DNA of 64,000 bases from the human T2T-CHM13v2.0 reference genome, Homo sapiens. Position numbers and translations under genes: made by a program. The notes under the pieces were generated by a model. That model saw nothing but the letters and a program-made list of their open reading frames with translations, had not been told where the DNA came from and made no database searches. The stretch's first letter is position 1; every line of letters begins with the position of its first letter. Of the stretch, positions 1 through 12,110 are shown in pieces. The DNA lies in assembly GCF_009914755.1 (NCBI RefSeq), contig NC_060934.1. One strand, written 5' to 3'.

Positions 1-590
1 GATTGCGCTATTCAAGGGACTCTGGATACCCAGCCAGCGGAACTTAGTGAAGGTAAACTTTAGACGTCAATGAGGAAAGTGCTTGTGGCGAAAAGGAGAA
101 AAAATTTTCCTAGAGAAATTAGCATCCTCAAAAAACTTCACATTAAAAGAACTCTTGGAGCTACTTTGTGACATTATAAGTGTAAAGAATAAAATGCTGG
201 AAGGTAATCCAAACTTAGCAAACAGTATGGTAATTTACCAGGGTACAGAAAATATGTTCACGTGTATTGTAACTTACACAATGACAAGAAGACAAGAACT
301 GTTCAAATTACTCTTCATCGCTTTTTTATAAGAAATAAACTTTTCACATTATCAATGTTTCTAATATTTTGAATAACACTGTAGTAACTAAATATTAATG
401 TCACTTTTTTTTGCATTTCCCTATACATTTAAAAGTGACAGTAAGATAGTTTTTAATGTTTTGATGAAAATCTTTAAAGGTCACAGAACAATCATACATT
501 TTCCTATTGATTATTAAGATCATTGTTTGTGGTTTCGGCTTGCATGGTCATTTTTACTGCCACAAAATAACATGCAAAGCAAGAAATCGT
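1..590 (+). mobile_element. Tigger (TcMar-Tigger, Tigger13a-like) DNA transposon, 3' part
   Basis: Matches the recalled Tigger13a 3' sequence (aaaatgctggaaggtaatccaaacttag ... aaggtcacagaacaatc ... gcaaagcaagaaat). ORF 83-331 is a degenerate transposase-tail remnant. Confidence 0.7.
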
Positions 591-1019
591 GTATTTCCCA
601 GCTCTTTCAGTGAGAAGTTCTGCTCACATACGGCATAACACAAAAATAATGACCTCTAAAAGATGCCCATGACAGGCCCCAGAGAATGAGATTCATTGCT
701 GTGATACTTATAATTCAGTTAACCTCTTGTGAGGGTTCCTGAAGTCTGGATACAGTCCTAGAAAGAAAGGAGGTTGATAAAAAAGGTATGTGATATTTTC
801 CAGAAAAGAGCTTCTGGGATGTCTAAGTGCTATATCACTGGAGGAATATCATTCATCTAAAAGGAAGATCCATATATCAAAGTGGAATAGCCAAGCAACT
901 AGATGGAGTGTCTTATTTGAATCTGTAAAGAAATCTGGTCTAAAGATGAATAATTGGGATTTGCTGCCCTACTAGTCATAGCAAAGGCCATCAGCCACAA
1001 CTAGGAGTCTGCCTAAGAG

Positions 1020-1660
1020 ACACTGAGGCAGACATTACCAGTCTATCCCCACTACCTTCTTTCAGTGATAGAACTTGGATTTCTGTTTATTTTTACACTC
1101 CACATGGTTAGGTATTCAGGGTGGGCCTTCTTTCCAGCCATAGGATGTAAGTTCTGTTAGTCTAAAGTTGTGAAGGTTATTCCATATCCCCTGCAAGGTT
1201 TAGGCATGGGCCTGGGATGTAACTCTGCCCATTGAGAAGTAAGGGGTAGGGACTTCTGGGACAGTGTCTCTCGTGGTTGAAAAGAGGTGAGGGGCACAGC
1301 AGTGTCTGTCTCTGTTAGCCAGCTTGTATGATGTGATACCTGGTCATGATACCTGGAACTCTAGTGGTTCATGATTCCAGGGACTCCATAATACCTGGAA
1401 CTCCAGTAGTCCCACGACACCTGGGACTTCCTGATGAAGCATGAAAACAGAAAAGCAAAATGAAAAGATGAAAGTTACTGATGAAAGCAATAAGAAGAGG
1501 ATAAGCATAAGAACCAAGCCAGGAGAGCAAGACAAGAAGTGAATCGAATCACCTGAGTTGCTGGATTAACTAGCTTGGAACGGACCCATGTGGGGACTTC
1601 TTGTCCCCAAGTCAGATTTGTGAGACAAATGTCCTTACATTTTAATCTGTCTCTTACAGC
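1020..1660 (+). mobile_element. Old ERVL/MaLR-class LTR (LTR16/LTR33/MLT1-like), degenerate
   Basis: LTR-like blocks (gcccattgagaagtaagggg...gacttctggga; ...gtgagacaaatgtccttac). Family not resolved. Confidence 0.4.
1334..1430. repeat. Degenerate tandem repeat, ~42-44 bp unit x2 built from catgatacctggaactc subunits
   Basis: 1345-1386 vs 1387-1430 align. An extra tgatacctgg lies at 1334-1343. Confidence 0.7.
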
Positions 1661-2509
1661 TGGAACATCCCAATGGAACACAGAGCAATCTGAGAAGTGA
1701 CAGAGACCAGTGGAGAGCCAGGGAAGAAGACTAGAAGAGGAGTCAGGAAGGAGAAAGGAGAATCAGAAAGGTCCAAAGAAGAGACATAGGACAGGGACTC
1801 CTGCCTCCCTTTGAAATCTCTGACCCAAAGGGTTTTAAGCAAACAATCTGCCTTCTCTTCCAAGTATTAATCCATTTCCAAACCTAGATGCAAATCAGTG
1901 AGGATTTAAGATTCAAGTAAGTAGGGGGAAAAAAAATCACTGTCACTGCCTTAACCAAAGGGAATTTGATATATGTTTTTTTCTTTAAAAATCTTGGTAC
2001 ATCTTTCAAGGCTCTCAAGCTGTTGACACATACAAAATGAAAATGAACATCGTGGCAGGTGGTAGGAAATGAACAAGCACAGGCAACTAGCAACTACAAA
2101 AATGAGATAACCTGGAGCTTCAGTAATGCTGAAATTATCCACAACCCAGGAGGAGATTATTCTTAACAAAAAGCTACCGATAAAGGGCCAAATGGAACTG
2201 CTGAAAACTAGCCCAATCTTGTGTCTGCCTTTCAAATTAAACAGGATACAGCATCTGTATTCATGCAAAAAATGTCTGTGGAAAGATTTTGTTGTATGTT
2301 ATTGGACTGGGACGTCAAGACAGCATCCTCTGCTCAACAGTCTTAAAAATTAAATAAGAGGTTCTTGTATAATGAATGCTTCATAATAAGATAGTGCCTA
2401 AAGGCCAGGGTGGTATGAATTACTGCTATGGAGCTGGAACTGGAGTTGGGTCAAGAAAGACACTTTTCTTGTCTCATCTCCCAACTATCAGAAATTGAAT
2501 TAGTTATGT

Positions 2510-2690
2510 AAAGGCAAGAGCTTGGGCTTTAGAGTCAGACAAACTTGGGTAGTAACAGCCCCATTAGTTATTGGAGGTGTGGTCTTCAGCAACTCACAAA
2601 GTCTCTGAGCTTCAGTTTCCTTATGTGAAAATAGAGGCCATTAAAATATAAGGTTATAATAAATATTTAATGAGATTATACTGTAATAAC
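2510..2690 (+). mobile_element. MIR SINE
   Basis: gggctttagagtcagac...tctctgagcttcagtttccttatgtgaaaat core. Confidence 0.8.
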
Positions 2691-3255
2691 CTAAGTCAAA
2701 ATGACAGAAATAACTAATATTCATTAAACATGTATTATGTGATGACGTTTTAAGAGAGATACCAGAGAGAGACGAGAGATGAATTCATCCACAGTGACAA
2801 GTTAGGGATGAGAAAATGCATGCTTCTGTTGAAAATGTGGGAAATGTGCCTTTTCTTTTAGATTGAGGTGAGGTCGTAGTTTTAATAAGCAAGGCTCATC
2901 AATTTCTTAGACAAGGTGTTACCCATACTGAGTAATTTGAGTGACCTTAATAAGACCTGTCCCCCTGAACTTGCTCCCACATTTGTGTTCGAAGTTCCAT
3001 TATTAGTCCTTCTGTTAAGCTTTGCCCTCTCCCAGCAATATTCTGAAATGCACATTTGTTCCATTAACAGGCCCAACACTTCTTCCCTCGTTCATATCTA
3101 ACAGTCTCTTGTCTCCTTTGAGTTGCTGCACGTTCCCAACTCCTAGTAGTTCCAGTGGGGCTTTAATCACAATTCCCCAATATCCTGGCTATAAGGGGAA
3201 GAGGGAAGACGGGTGAGAGTACATGATTCAATCCTGGTTGATCATTAAAAATTAC

Positions 3256-3614
3256 TGCTACGATCTGAATGTCTGTGGCCTCTCAAAATTCATACCTTGA
3301 AACTCAATCCCCAATGTAATAGTATTAAGAGGTGAGCCTTTAGGAGGTGATTAGGTCATGAAGGCAGAGCCCTCATGAATGGAAATCGTGTCCCTATAAA
3401 AGAGGCTCAGGGGAGCCTATTTGCCCTTTCCATCACATGAGAATGCAGTGAGAAGGAGCCATCTATGAGGAATGGACCCTCACAGAACACCAAATCTGCT
3501 GGTGCCTTGATCTTGGACTTCCCAGCCTCCAAGACTATGAGCAATACATATCTATTATTTATAAGTTACCCAGTCTAAGGTACTTTATTATAGCTGCCTG
3601 GATAGACTAAAACA
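3256..3614 (+). mobile_element. MLT1A/MLT1A0 MaLR solo LTR, nested in an older LTR
   Basis: TG...CA ends (tgctacgatctgaatgtc...gactaaaaca); diagnostic aggaggtgattaggtcatga and ccttgatcttggacttcccagcctcca. Confidence 0.9.
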
Positions 3615-4040
3615 CTCGCCACCCTGATCCAGGATGGGCAGGTCACTCTGGGATTTTAAAACTGGATGCTCAGAGACAGAAGCTATCTGTCCTCTGGATT
3701 GCAGGCTACAAGGATGTGACCTCCAGGGCCACTATATATTTATTCCAGATAAACATGCATCTCACCTAGCTGCTGGAAGCTAGGTTACAACTACTAGAAG
3801 AAAATATATTTGCAGGAAGAGAAAATAAAATCAACAAGCAAAGAGAAGCATAAGGAAAAGCAAAGCTGAATGGTAGGAACCCCCGAAGGCATTGTTTGGG
3901 TCCTCACCTTCAGTCACACCTTAAGCTAGCATCTTCTATCATCCCTCCCAGCCGCGGCTACCAAATACATTATCTTTTTTGCTTAAACTACTTTGATTTA
4001 GGTTCTGTCACCTTAAATCAAGAGTCCCGATTATTATAGA
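3615..4040 (+). mobile_element. Old ERVL/MaLR LTR remainder (LTR16/MLT1-type)
   Basis: Typical 3' end: ttttgcttaaactactttgatttaggttctgtcacctt...agagtcccgattattata. Confidence 0.5.
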
Positions 4041-4869
4041 TTTAATCTAAAGCAAATGCAATATCATTTAACTCAAAGAAAAATACTAAAATTTTGTATT
4101 GGAAAAACATGATGGAAAGTTGCAGAATGAAAATGCTTAAAAATTACTGGTTTAGAACACAGTTCTACATCCACATATCTTCCAAGTTCCTTCTGAGGTT
4201 TCATGGGGTCACTTTACCCTGTGTCTCTGCACCCCCAAGGACTTGTGACTGCCTAGAAAGAACTTTCTCCTTACTCCAGGTGGCCCTTAAAAAAATCATT
4301 TGCTGGAGTCACAGTGCCAAAAGCCCTCTTGGGTGTTCAGAGAAATTGTGGCTAAAGGAAAGAGTTCTTGCTGCCAGATTGTTAAAAATGACTCAAGAAA
4401 AAAGGTATAGGAGGTTTAGGAGGAGGGTACCTGAAGCCAGCTAAAGTTGGTGAATCCAGAAGAAACAATCACTCAAACTCAAGAAAGGCAGGCCAGAGCA
4501 TAAAAATAGGAGAAATAAAGATACCAGAACAGTCTTGGGTCTGCCAGTGCCAGGAAAGCTAGTTCCAAGGTGAAATCTGCCTTCAGGCTCTCCAAATATT
4601 TATTGAGCACAGTGTTTGATGGCTTTGGAAATTTAAAAAGAAATTATCTCTCATCCCAAAGAGTCAGAAACATGGCATAGGCATACATGTAGGATAAATT
4701 TCTTTCTCCTAGAGCACAATCAGCTTAATAAACTATGTGTCTATAAAACCTTTTGTTTCTTGAATGCATGTTGCTTTTGTAGGCATATTAACATCTTATG
4801 GATCTATTAGGATTATCTAGGCTAATATTAGCTCTCCTTTATTACTTGCTATGTCCCTCACATCATACT

Positions 4870-4955
4870 AAGCACTTAGCATGCCATATCTCATTCCTAT
4901 TTTACAGGAGAGGAAACTAAGTCTCAGAACAATTAAGTGACTTGCCCTAGGTTAG
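4870..4955 (-). mobile_element. MIR fragment
   Basis: attttacaggagaggaaactaagtctcagaacaattaagtgacttgccc. Confidence 0.7.
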
Positions 4956-5969
4956 TGCTACCCAAAGTGCTCTTCTGTGAACTCTGCTATCAGTCAGTCA
5001 GGGAATAAGAAATTTATATTAGAATGTAAATCAATATACTGTTTTCTGCATTGAGAAAGTCTTGTCGTGAAGGAAAAAAAAAAACAAAAAACCATCAGCT
5101 GAACTAATAGGATGTTTGGTAATGTGGCTGGTTTACATTCGGATACAAGCTCCTTTTCTCCTCCTTGATTCCTTGATGGGTAACACATAGTTTGTGGACT
5201 AGCAGTGGTTTGCGAACCACACTTTGTGTTGCCCTGCCCCAGGTCACACAGCTGTGGGAAGAGAGGAGTTGGGATTCAAGTCCAAGCATATCTGGCTTCA
5301 AAGCCTCTTCTCTTAAGACCACTATGACCCACTGTTTCCTAGCATTCTGCCACCAACCATTTACTCAATTTCCAGACTATGCAAGGTGGATTTCTCAAGC
5401 CCCTGATTAAATGTACCCCAAAAAGATTTATATTCCCTTTCAGGGTGAACAAACACATTAGTCTTAGCAGAACCTGGAGAGTCTTTAAGACAAGTGCATT
5501 ACGACGTGGCCACAGGCTGGGCAGCTGAGCTGGTGCATCCAAGGAGCAGGGAGCCTCTGAGCCCCAAGCTGACTTAAGACTGATCAGGCAGTGGGAGGCC
5601 GTCGACAGAGTCCTTTTCTAGACTTGATTCACTGTAGCTTATAATTAGGCATTGTCGCTTTGATAACTGAATGAATTAGTGAGGATGACACGGGGCCGGG
5701 CAAAGACTGAAATGGGGAGGCTTTACACAAATAAACAGCCAGAAAAAATTGATCTGAAACAGAAAGTCAGGCTTCCGTGAAGCTGGAGCCAGGAATTATA
5801 TAAGGCATACTGTGATAATTTAAACAACAAAGGGCTGGGGGTGTCTGTTTTTCTCCTCATCTGGGAATCTTGTCTGTATTTATATTATCTATGAAACAGA
5901 CATTTTCCCTTCTCTGACTCTTAAAGGGTAGTATCTAAGAGTGAAAGCATAGTTCATTTTAGTGCAGCT

Positions 5970-6065
5970 CATTCATTTATTTATTACTTCCTTCAAACAT
6001 TTATTGAGTTCCAGTGTGTGTCAGGCACTCTATTAAGCACCAGAAAACAAAAAATAAATAAAAAT
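5970..6065 (-). mobile_element. L2 3'-end fragment
   Basis: attcatttatt...caaacatttattgagttccagtgtgtgtcaggcactct. Confidence 0.65.
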
Positions 6066-6229
6066 ATGCTGAAGCATCGCAGAATTTGAGATAAAACAAC
6101 TCTGCTGTCATAGATCTCAGCCAAGGAAACGGAAAAGTAAGGAAAGATCGGATGATTACACAAGCTTGTTATACAGGCCTGTAGCTAGACTGAGGCAGGT
6201 TAGAACAAACCTTCAGGATAACGATAAGA

Positions 6230-6460
6230 GTAGCAGGTAATGTTTAAACCTGTACTGATGTACTAACTACTGTGTTAAGTACTTTGCATGTGTTATTGCA
6301 TTTAATCGTCATAGCAACTCAAAGAGGTAGGTCTTATTATTCTCTTTTACAGATGAGAAAACTGAAGCACAGAGAGGTCAAGAAACTTGTCAAATGTTAC
6401 ACAATGAGTGTTATATCATGGCTGCAAACCAGTGCGGTCTGGCACCAGACCTTTTGTTTT
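6230..6460 (-). mobile_element. MIR SINE
   Basis: ttttacagatgagaaaactgaagcacagagaggtcaagaaacttgtc. Confidence 0.85.
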
Positions 6461-6787
6461 TAGCTTTAAACCTCTTTGAAATGACTTGTTAAGCGCCCCT
6501 TCTACCAGCTGAAGCCTATTTTCTCTTTCAATTAATTAATCATGAACAAGCAGCTGCTGAATGCAAGCCACCTACCTTTCTGGGCTTGGGGAAGGGGAAA
6601 ACAACAAGGCCTGAACTGCGATCAGCTCTCTTGGCACTTACATTCTGGCTGGGCTGGCAGGGCAGGACACATGTGCACAAAACCATTTACAAACAAGATG
6701 CTCTTTGATACCACAGCATCATCTGATGTTTCACTGCCAAACTTCATGGTTCACCACATATGCAGAGAGATTAGAAAGGGACTAGAG

Positions 6788-7332
6788 CAATAGTTCCCAA
6801 ACTTGGCAGTACTTGGTTTTAAGAACATTGAGTGCACCCCAGATGTATTAGTCCATTCTCGCATTGCTATAAAGAACTACCTGAAACTGGGTATTAAAAA
6901 AAAAAAAAAAAGAGGTTTAATTGGCTCACGATTCCACAGGCTGTACAGGAAGCACAGCTGGGAGGCCTCAGGAAACAAAATCACAGCAGAAGGTGAAGGG
7001 GAGGCAGGAACATCTTACATGGCCAGAGAAGGAGGAAGAGGGTGAAGCAGGAGGTGCTCCACACTTTTAAACAACCAGATCTTGTGAGCACTCACTCACT
7101 ATCATGAGAATAGCAAGGGGGATGTCCACCCCCATGATCCAATCACCTCCCATCATGCCCCTTCCCCAACATTGGGGATTACAATTCAACATGAGATTTG
7201 GGCGGGGACATAAATCCAAACCATATCACTGGAGATCTGGATTTAATTGTCCATTAGGGTCCAGCATGGACATCAGAGTCTTAACACCTACCCAGGGGAT
7301 TTTAATGTGTAGCAAAGTGTGAGAATGACTGA
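6788..7332. mobile_element. MER5-family hAT-Charlie element interrupted by MSTA
   Basis: caatagttcccaaacttggc... on the left and ...gattttaatgtgtagcaaagtgtgagaatgactg on the right of the MSTA. Confidence 0.6.
6844..7228 (-). mobile_element. MSTA MaLR solo LTR
   Basis: tgtattagtccattctcgcattgctataaagaactacctg ... tccaaaccatatca. Confidence 0.92.
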
Positions 7333-7833
7333 TTTATTGGATATTTTGTGGCAAGTTAGAGTAAAAAACTACAGAGATCACTGTAGGTTATTCATTTTAT
7401 ACACAGCTGCCATATTACTTCCAATTTTTACACAAATGTGCTTGTCTATAACTCATTAACCCTCTGAGTCAATGGCTAGCTACTATTATGCCCATTTTAC
7501 AGATGAGGGAATTGACGTGCAGAGAGGAAAACAATTGGCCTGGGATTTAAGTTGCAGAGCCAAGACTTCCACCCCAGACTAAGAAGGCTGTTCACTTAAC
7601 TACTAGTCTATTATGCTTCCCACAGGAAGAAAGAACTCTAGGAAAAGCTAACTCTGAACTGAGTCCTACAAGACAGATGTAAGGCCCAGTAGAGAGGGAG
7701 GAGGACATATCAGGGTGGGAGGAGGGTGACAGGGAGTCATGAAACCTTAGAAGCCTCTCAGCATTCAGGACAGCAGACTGCAAGTGTGAACTGAGTGATA
7801 TCTGGGCTTTTCTGCATCAAGACTACTGTAAAA

Positions 7834-9075
7834 CAGTTGCTCTCAGACTTGAGTAGGCATTCAGGTCATCTGGAGAGCTTGCTAAAATACAGACTGCTAG
7901 GCCCTACATTCGGGGTCCCTGATTCAGTAAGCCTCACAATTGCTGAGTTTAAATGCTATAACAGTAATGGAGGCTTTTTTAGTAAACTTACTAAAAAGCA
8001 AAAAAAAAAAAAAAAAAAAAAAAAAGCTTTAGTCCATCCCATAAAGCCTAATTTTTGATGAATTTTTTGGATTAAAAAAAATGTAAGGATTGAGCTAAAA
8101 CTTAGTTCTGGATGAATTCATAATCAGAATTGATAATATATACAGACAAAGAGGAAGAGAGAGAACACCTTAGGAATAGTTAATAAATATTTCTTGTTTG
8201 AGGGGCTTGGCAAAAATAAAAATCTTACATACATACAAATATTAGGATAGCTTGAGGTGGGAGAATTGGGGATTGCAGAGCTAATTATACATAGTGAGAG
8301 GATTGTGAGGACGTGTCCACAAACATCTTGTTTTTATTATTTCCATGAAGTGAGGATTAATTAACCCCTTATAGTTTTGAGATGGAAAAAGAACATTCAG
8401 GCTTAGCTACTATTTATAGAGCCACAACAAGTCCCTGACAGCCATGTTGAATCGCAGCATTCCCTCCAAATTAAAAAAAAAAAAAGGCAACAAATGCAAG
8501 ATACCACAGTTATGTGTGCTTATGGGCTGATTAGTCCTTATGCCACTGAGATGTTTTATTTAAGGGGAACAAGTAGGTGACACTAAGTTTATGGCCCTGA
8601 AGTAAAAATCAGATGCCTGTTATAGTTTCCTGCCTGGAACCCCACTCCCCACACACATTACAGACCCGGTTACGGTTTCCTGCCTGGAACCCCACTCCCC
8701 ACACACGTTACAGACCCGGTTACGGTTTCCTGCCTGGAACCCCACTCCCCACACACGTTACAGACCCGGTTACGGTTTCCTGCCTGGAACCCCACTCCCC
8801 ACACACGTTACAGACCCGGTTACGGTTTCCTGCCTGGAACCCCACTCCCCACACACATTACAGACACGGAGCGAGAACGGCCACATGTCCTAAGAGGGTT
8901 TCTGATTTCTGGAAGCTTAATAGTAAATTCTATTGAAGGTGATGTGCATATTGTTGAGACTTTACCTGAATGCACTTAGAATGATTGCTAAGTGTGCCTG
9001 AGAATTTTCTTTTCTAACAAATTCCCAAGTGCTACTGATGTTACTGGTCCAGAAAGCACACTTTAAGAACCACTG
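7834..9075 (-). mobile_element. MER5A split into two halves (7834-7934 and ~8990-9075) by a ~1.05-kb insert
   Basis: The halves are contiguous in the MER5A consensus. An 8-bp hAT TSD flanks the whole: ctgtaaaa (7826-7833) / ctataaaa (9076-9083). Confidence 0.85.
8610..8869. repeat. Minisatellite/VNTR, 50-bp unit, ~5.2 copies
   Basis: cagacccggttacggtttcctgcctggaaccccactccccacacac(g/a)tta recurs at 8661, 8711, 8761, 8811; degenerate first and last copies. Confidence 0.97.
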
Positions 9076-9579
9076 CTATAAAATGCCCCTAATAGGACAA
9101 ACTTCTGTTTTACAGTCACCAGCAATTGCCTGTCTGTAACTGAAAATAGATCCTGGATCTTAAAATTATTGAACCTGGAACAAATATTCTGGGTGCCACA
9201 AGCAGTTTCTGCACTTTTGGATGAAAGATGGAATTTGTTTCTTCTTGGGGCAGAACCTCTCCTCCATCCTTCACAGATGAGCCAGTTTGGTGGTTTTATT
9301 TGTGTGTCCATCCATTCCCCCCGCCCCCCCCCAGGAAGTAATCCAAATGAGGATGCTTCAAAGATTTAAAGAATTTCAATCAACAGTATAACAGGCCATT
9401 TTTACTGTGGACAAAACACATCTCAGGTCTAACACGTTTTAGGAGTGATACATTCCCAGTGGTGGCAGAGTGAGAACTAAGAGGAAAAAAGAAAAATAGG
9501 GACCCCAGGAGCGCTGGACTCCAGGAACGGCAACATTTCAAATCTGGTGATGAGTTTGCCTGGCTGTCACTGTAGGTGC

Positions 9580-9820
9580 CACTTTCATGGCACTTATATG
9601 TGTCAAGAAATTCTCTAACTTCTTTACAGCTACTGATTCATTTAAACCTCATAGCAGCTGTATAAAGCAAATTCTATTTTTACCCCCATTTTATAGATGA
9701 GGTTCTGAGGTGAAAGGAGGTTAAGTATAATAACTTGCCCAAGATCACGGTTATTAAGTAGCAGAGCCAGGATTTGAGCGCAACAATCTGGCTCCGGAGT
9801 CTGTGCTCTTAACCAGCATG
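9580..9820 (-). mobile_element. MIR SINE
   Basis: cccattttatagatgaggttctgagg...aacttgcccaagatcac...gagccaggatttga. Confidence 0.85.
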
Positions 9821-10970
9821 TCTCAATAATGACAATAGCAACTCTTCCTATATACTTTCTCTGTGGTAGCCTGATATTTCACAGGCATTATCTCATGTAC
9901 TCCCAGTAATTACTGTGTATGAGGCTCTATTGTCATCCCACTCATTCCATAGAAAAGGAAACGCTATGAAACACCTCAACCTGGCAGTACCTGTGCTTTG
10001 GGAGAATTAAGGCAGGGACTGAAAGGAGAGCACAGTGGACGCTGTCATTGTGATCCTTGCTGAGAAGCTTAAAGCAGCACCTTGAACGAGAGGGGATGCA
10101 ATTAGACTGGGTTTGTGGGAACCAGCAGCATTCACTGGAGACCCTTGGGAGGGCTTGAGGAGGGTACCACTCCTCGTAGTCATGATGAACTGGGACTAGA
10201 CTGTGTTCATTGTGTATTACATGTAGGTAATATATCCATCTGGTGTCTGGAGAACTTGGATTCATTCATGCAACACATTTTTAAAAATCTTTTCTATGGC
10301 CTAGGCACTGTTGTAGGAACTTGGGGTTTGTTGTGAACTAAAGAGACAAAGGGCATGCACCCTAGAGAACCACATGTGCTTTTACTGAACAGCTTTTACT
10401 GGCAGCAAAGCTCAGATGAAAGAACCCTACCACTAAGGATGCTGAATGAAAGGTCAAGAGGTCTTTCTAATGTTTCCTACATAGAAGATTTTATTATCCA
10501 CACTCTTGGCCTCAGTTTTTCCTTCTATAAACTGGAGAGTATTCCTATTTTGCCTATGTAGTGGCGATAAGGAAGAAAACAAATAGACAATCAAAAGGAA
10601 GGCATACTATGCCCAAGAGCAGCAAGCTCTCCCTCTGCTTTAAACCTACTTTCCTGGAAACTTTTATGTAATTGCCAATAACGCGTTTCAGGAGAGCGGG
10701 TGAGGACACGCTGTCTGTTATTCTTCATTTGAGCTCCCGGACTCCTGCTCTCCGGAGGGGCTTGGCAGATGATTAACAAGTCATCTGATGAATATGCAAC
10801 ATGATTCAGGCTTAATAAGTCCCGCAGCTGTTGGGAACTTTACAAGAAAAACAAAGCCACAGAAATATGCGATGTTGGAATACTGCCTGCCAACCTCAGA
10901 GTCCCCCAAATAGGGTCTCCCAGCCACAAATGAGCCAGGGCTATTTCTGAGATGCAAAACATGCTGCTGA

Positions 10971-11525
<555 letters not shown>

Positions 11526-11599
11526 TATCATCATCGTCATGTTACCATTTTACACAGGAAGAGATCAAAGCCTTCTTCCAAGTTTTTGTGGACATGTGA

Positions 11600-12110
11600 T
11601 TTTCTTGTCCCAGTTGAATTTCCCTTTTCTGGTGGTAGCCCCCTAGTTATCCTCTTCCCCAAAATATAGTGTGGATGGAATAACTCTATTGCCAGCTCCA
11701 AGCATGGCTACAAAATCCATTTCTGAAGCTATTCAGGGTACTCCAAATGCCCGGATGCAACAATCAGTTCTTAGAAAGGCATGTGAACCAATCCAAGCCA
11801 AAAATATGCAATCCTCTGACGTTACTGGAAACTGTTAGAAAAAGGAGGTATGGTCTGGACTTAAACTCAAGAAAATATAAACACAGCATTGTGTGGGAAC
11901 ACTAGAAACAGGATGGCTGAGACCAACAAAAAACACAGAGGTGAGAAACAGAAAGACATTACTCTGACAACAGTGCCTGAGCCCCTACATCCAGCTATCT
12001 CTAAAGCCCTAGAAATTTCAGGGTCACAAAGCAACACAATTTGGGTGCTTAAGCTACTTTGCCTTAAAGCTTTCGCAGGTTTGGTCACATGCAAACTAAA
12101 CAGGCCTGAC
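11600..12110 (+). mobile_element. Old ERVL-class LTR (LTR16/LTR33-like)
   Basis: ggcatgtgaaccaatcc..., ctgagcccctacatccagct..., gcttaagc...ggtttggtcacatgcaaac. Confidence 0.5.

Noticed and set aside
83-331. 82-aa ORF
   Set aside because: Degenerate Tigger transposase tail with a non-ATG start.
8610-8869. Regular repeat array as a possible CRISPR
   Set aside because: The units are head-to-tail with no unique spacers, there are no cas genes, and the context is primate.
8613-8936. 107-aa ORF with an internal 50-aa repeat
   Set aside because: A by-product of the stop-free 50-bp VNTR. No splice, promoter or homology support.
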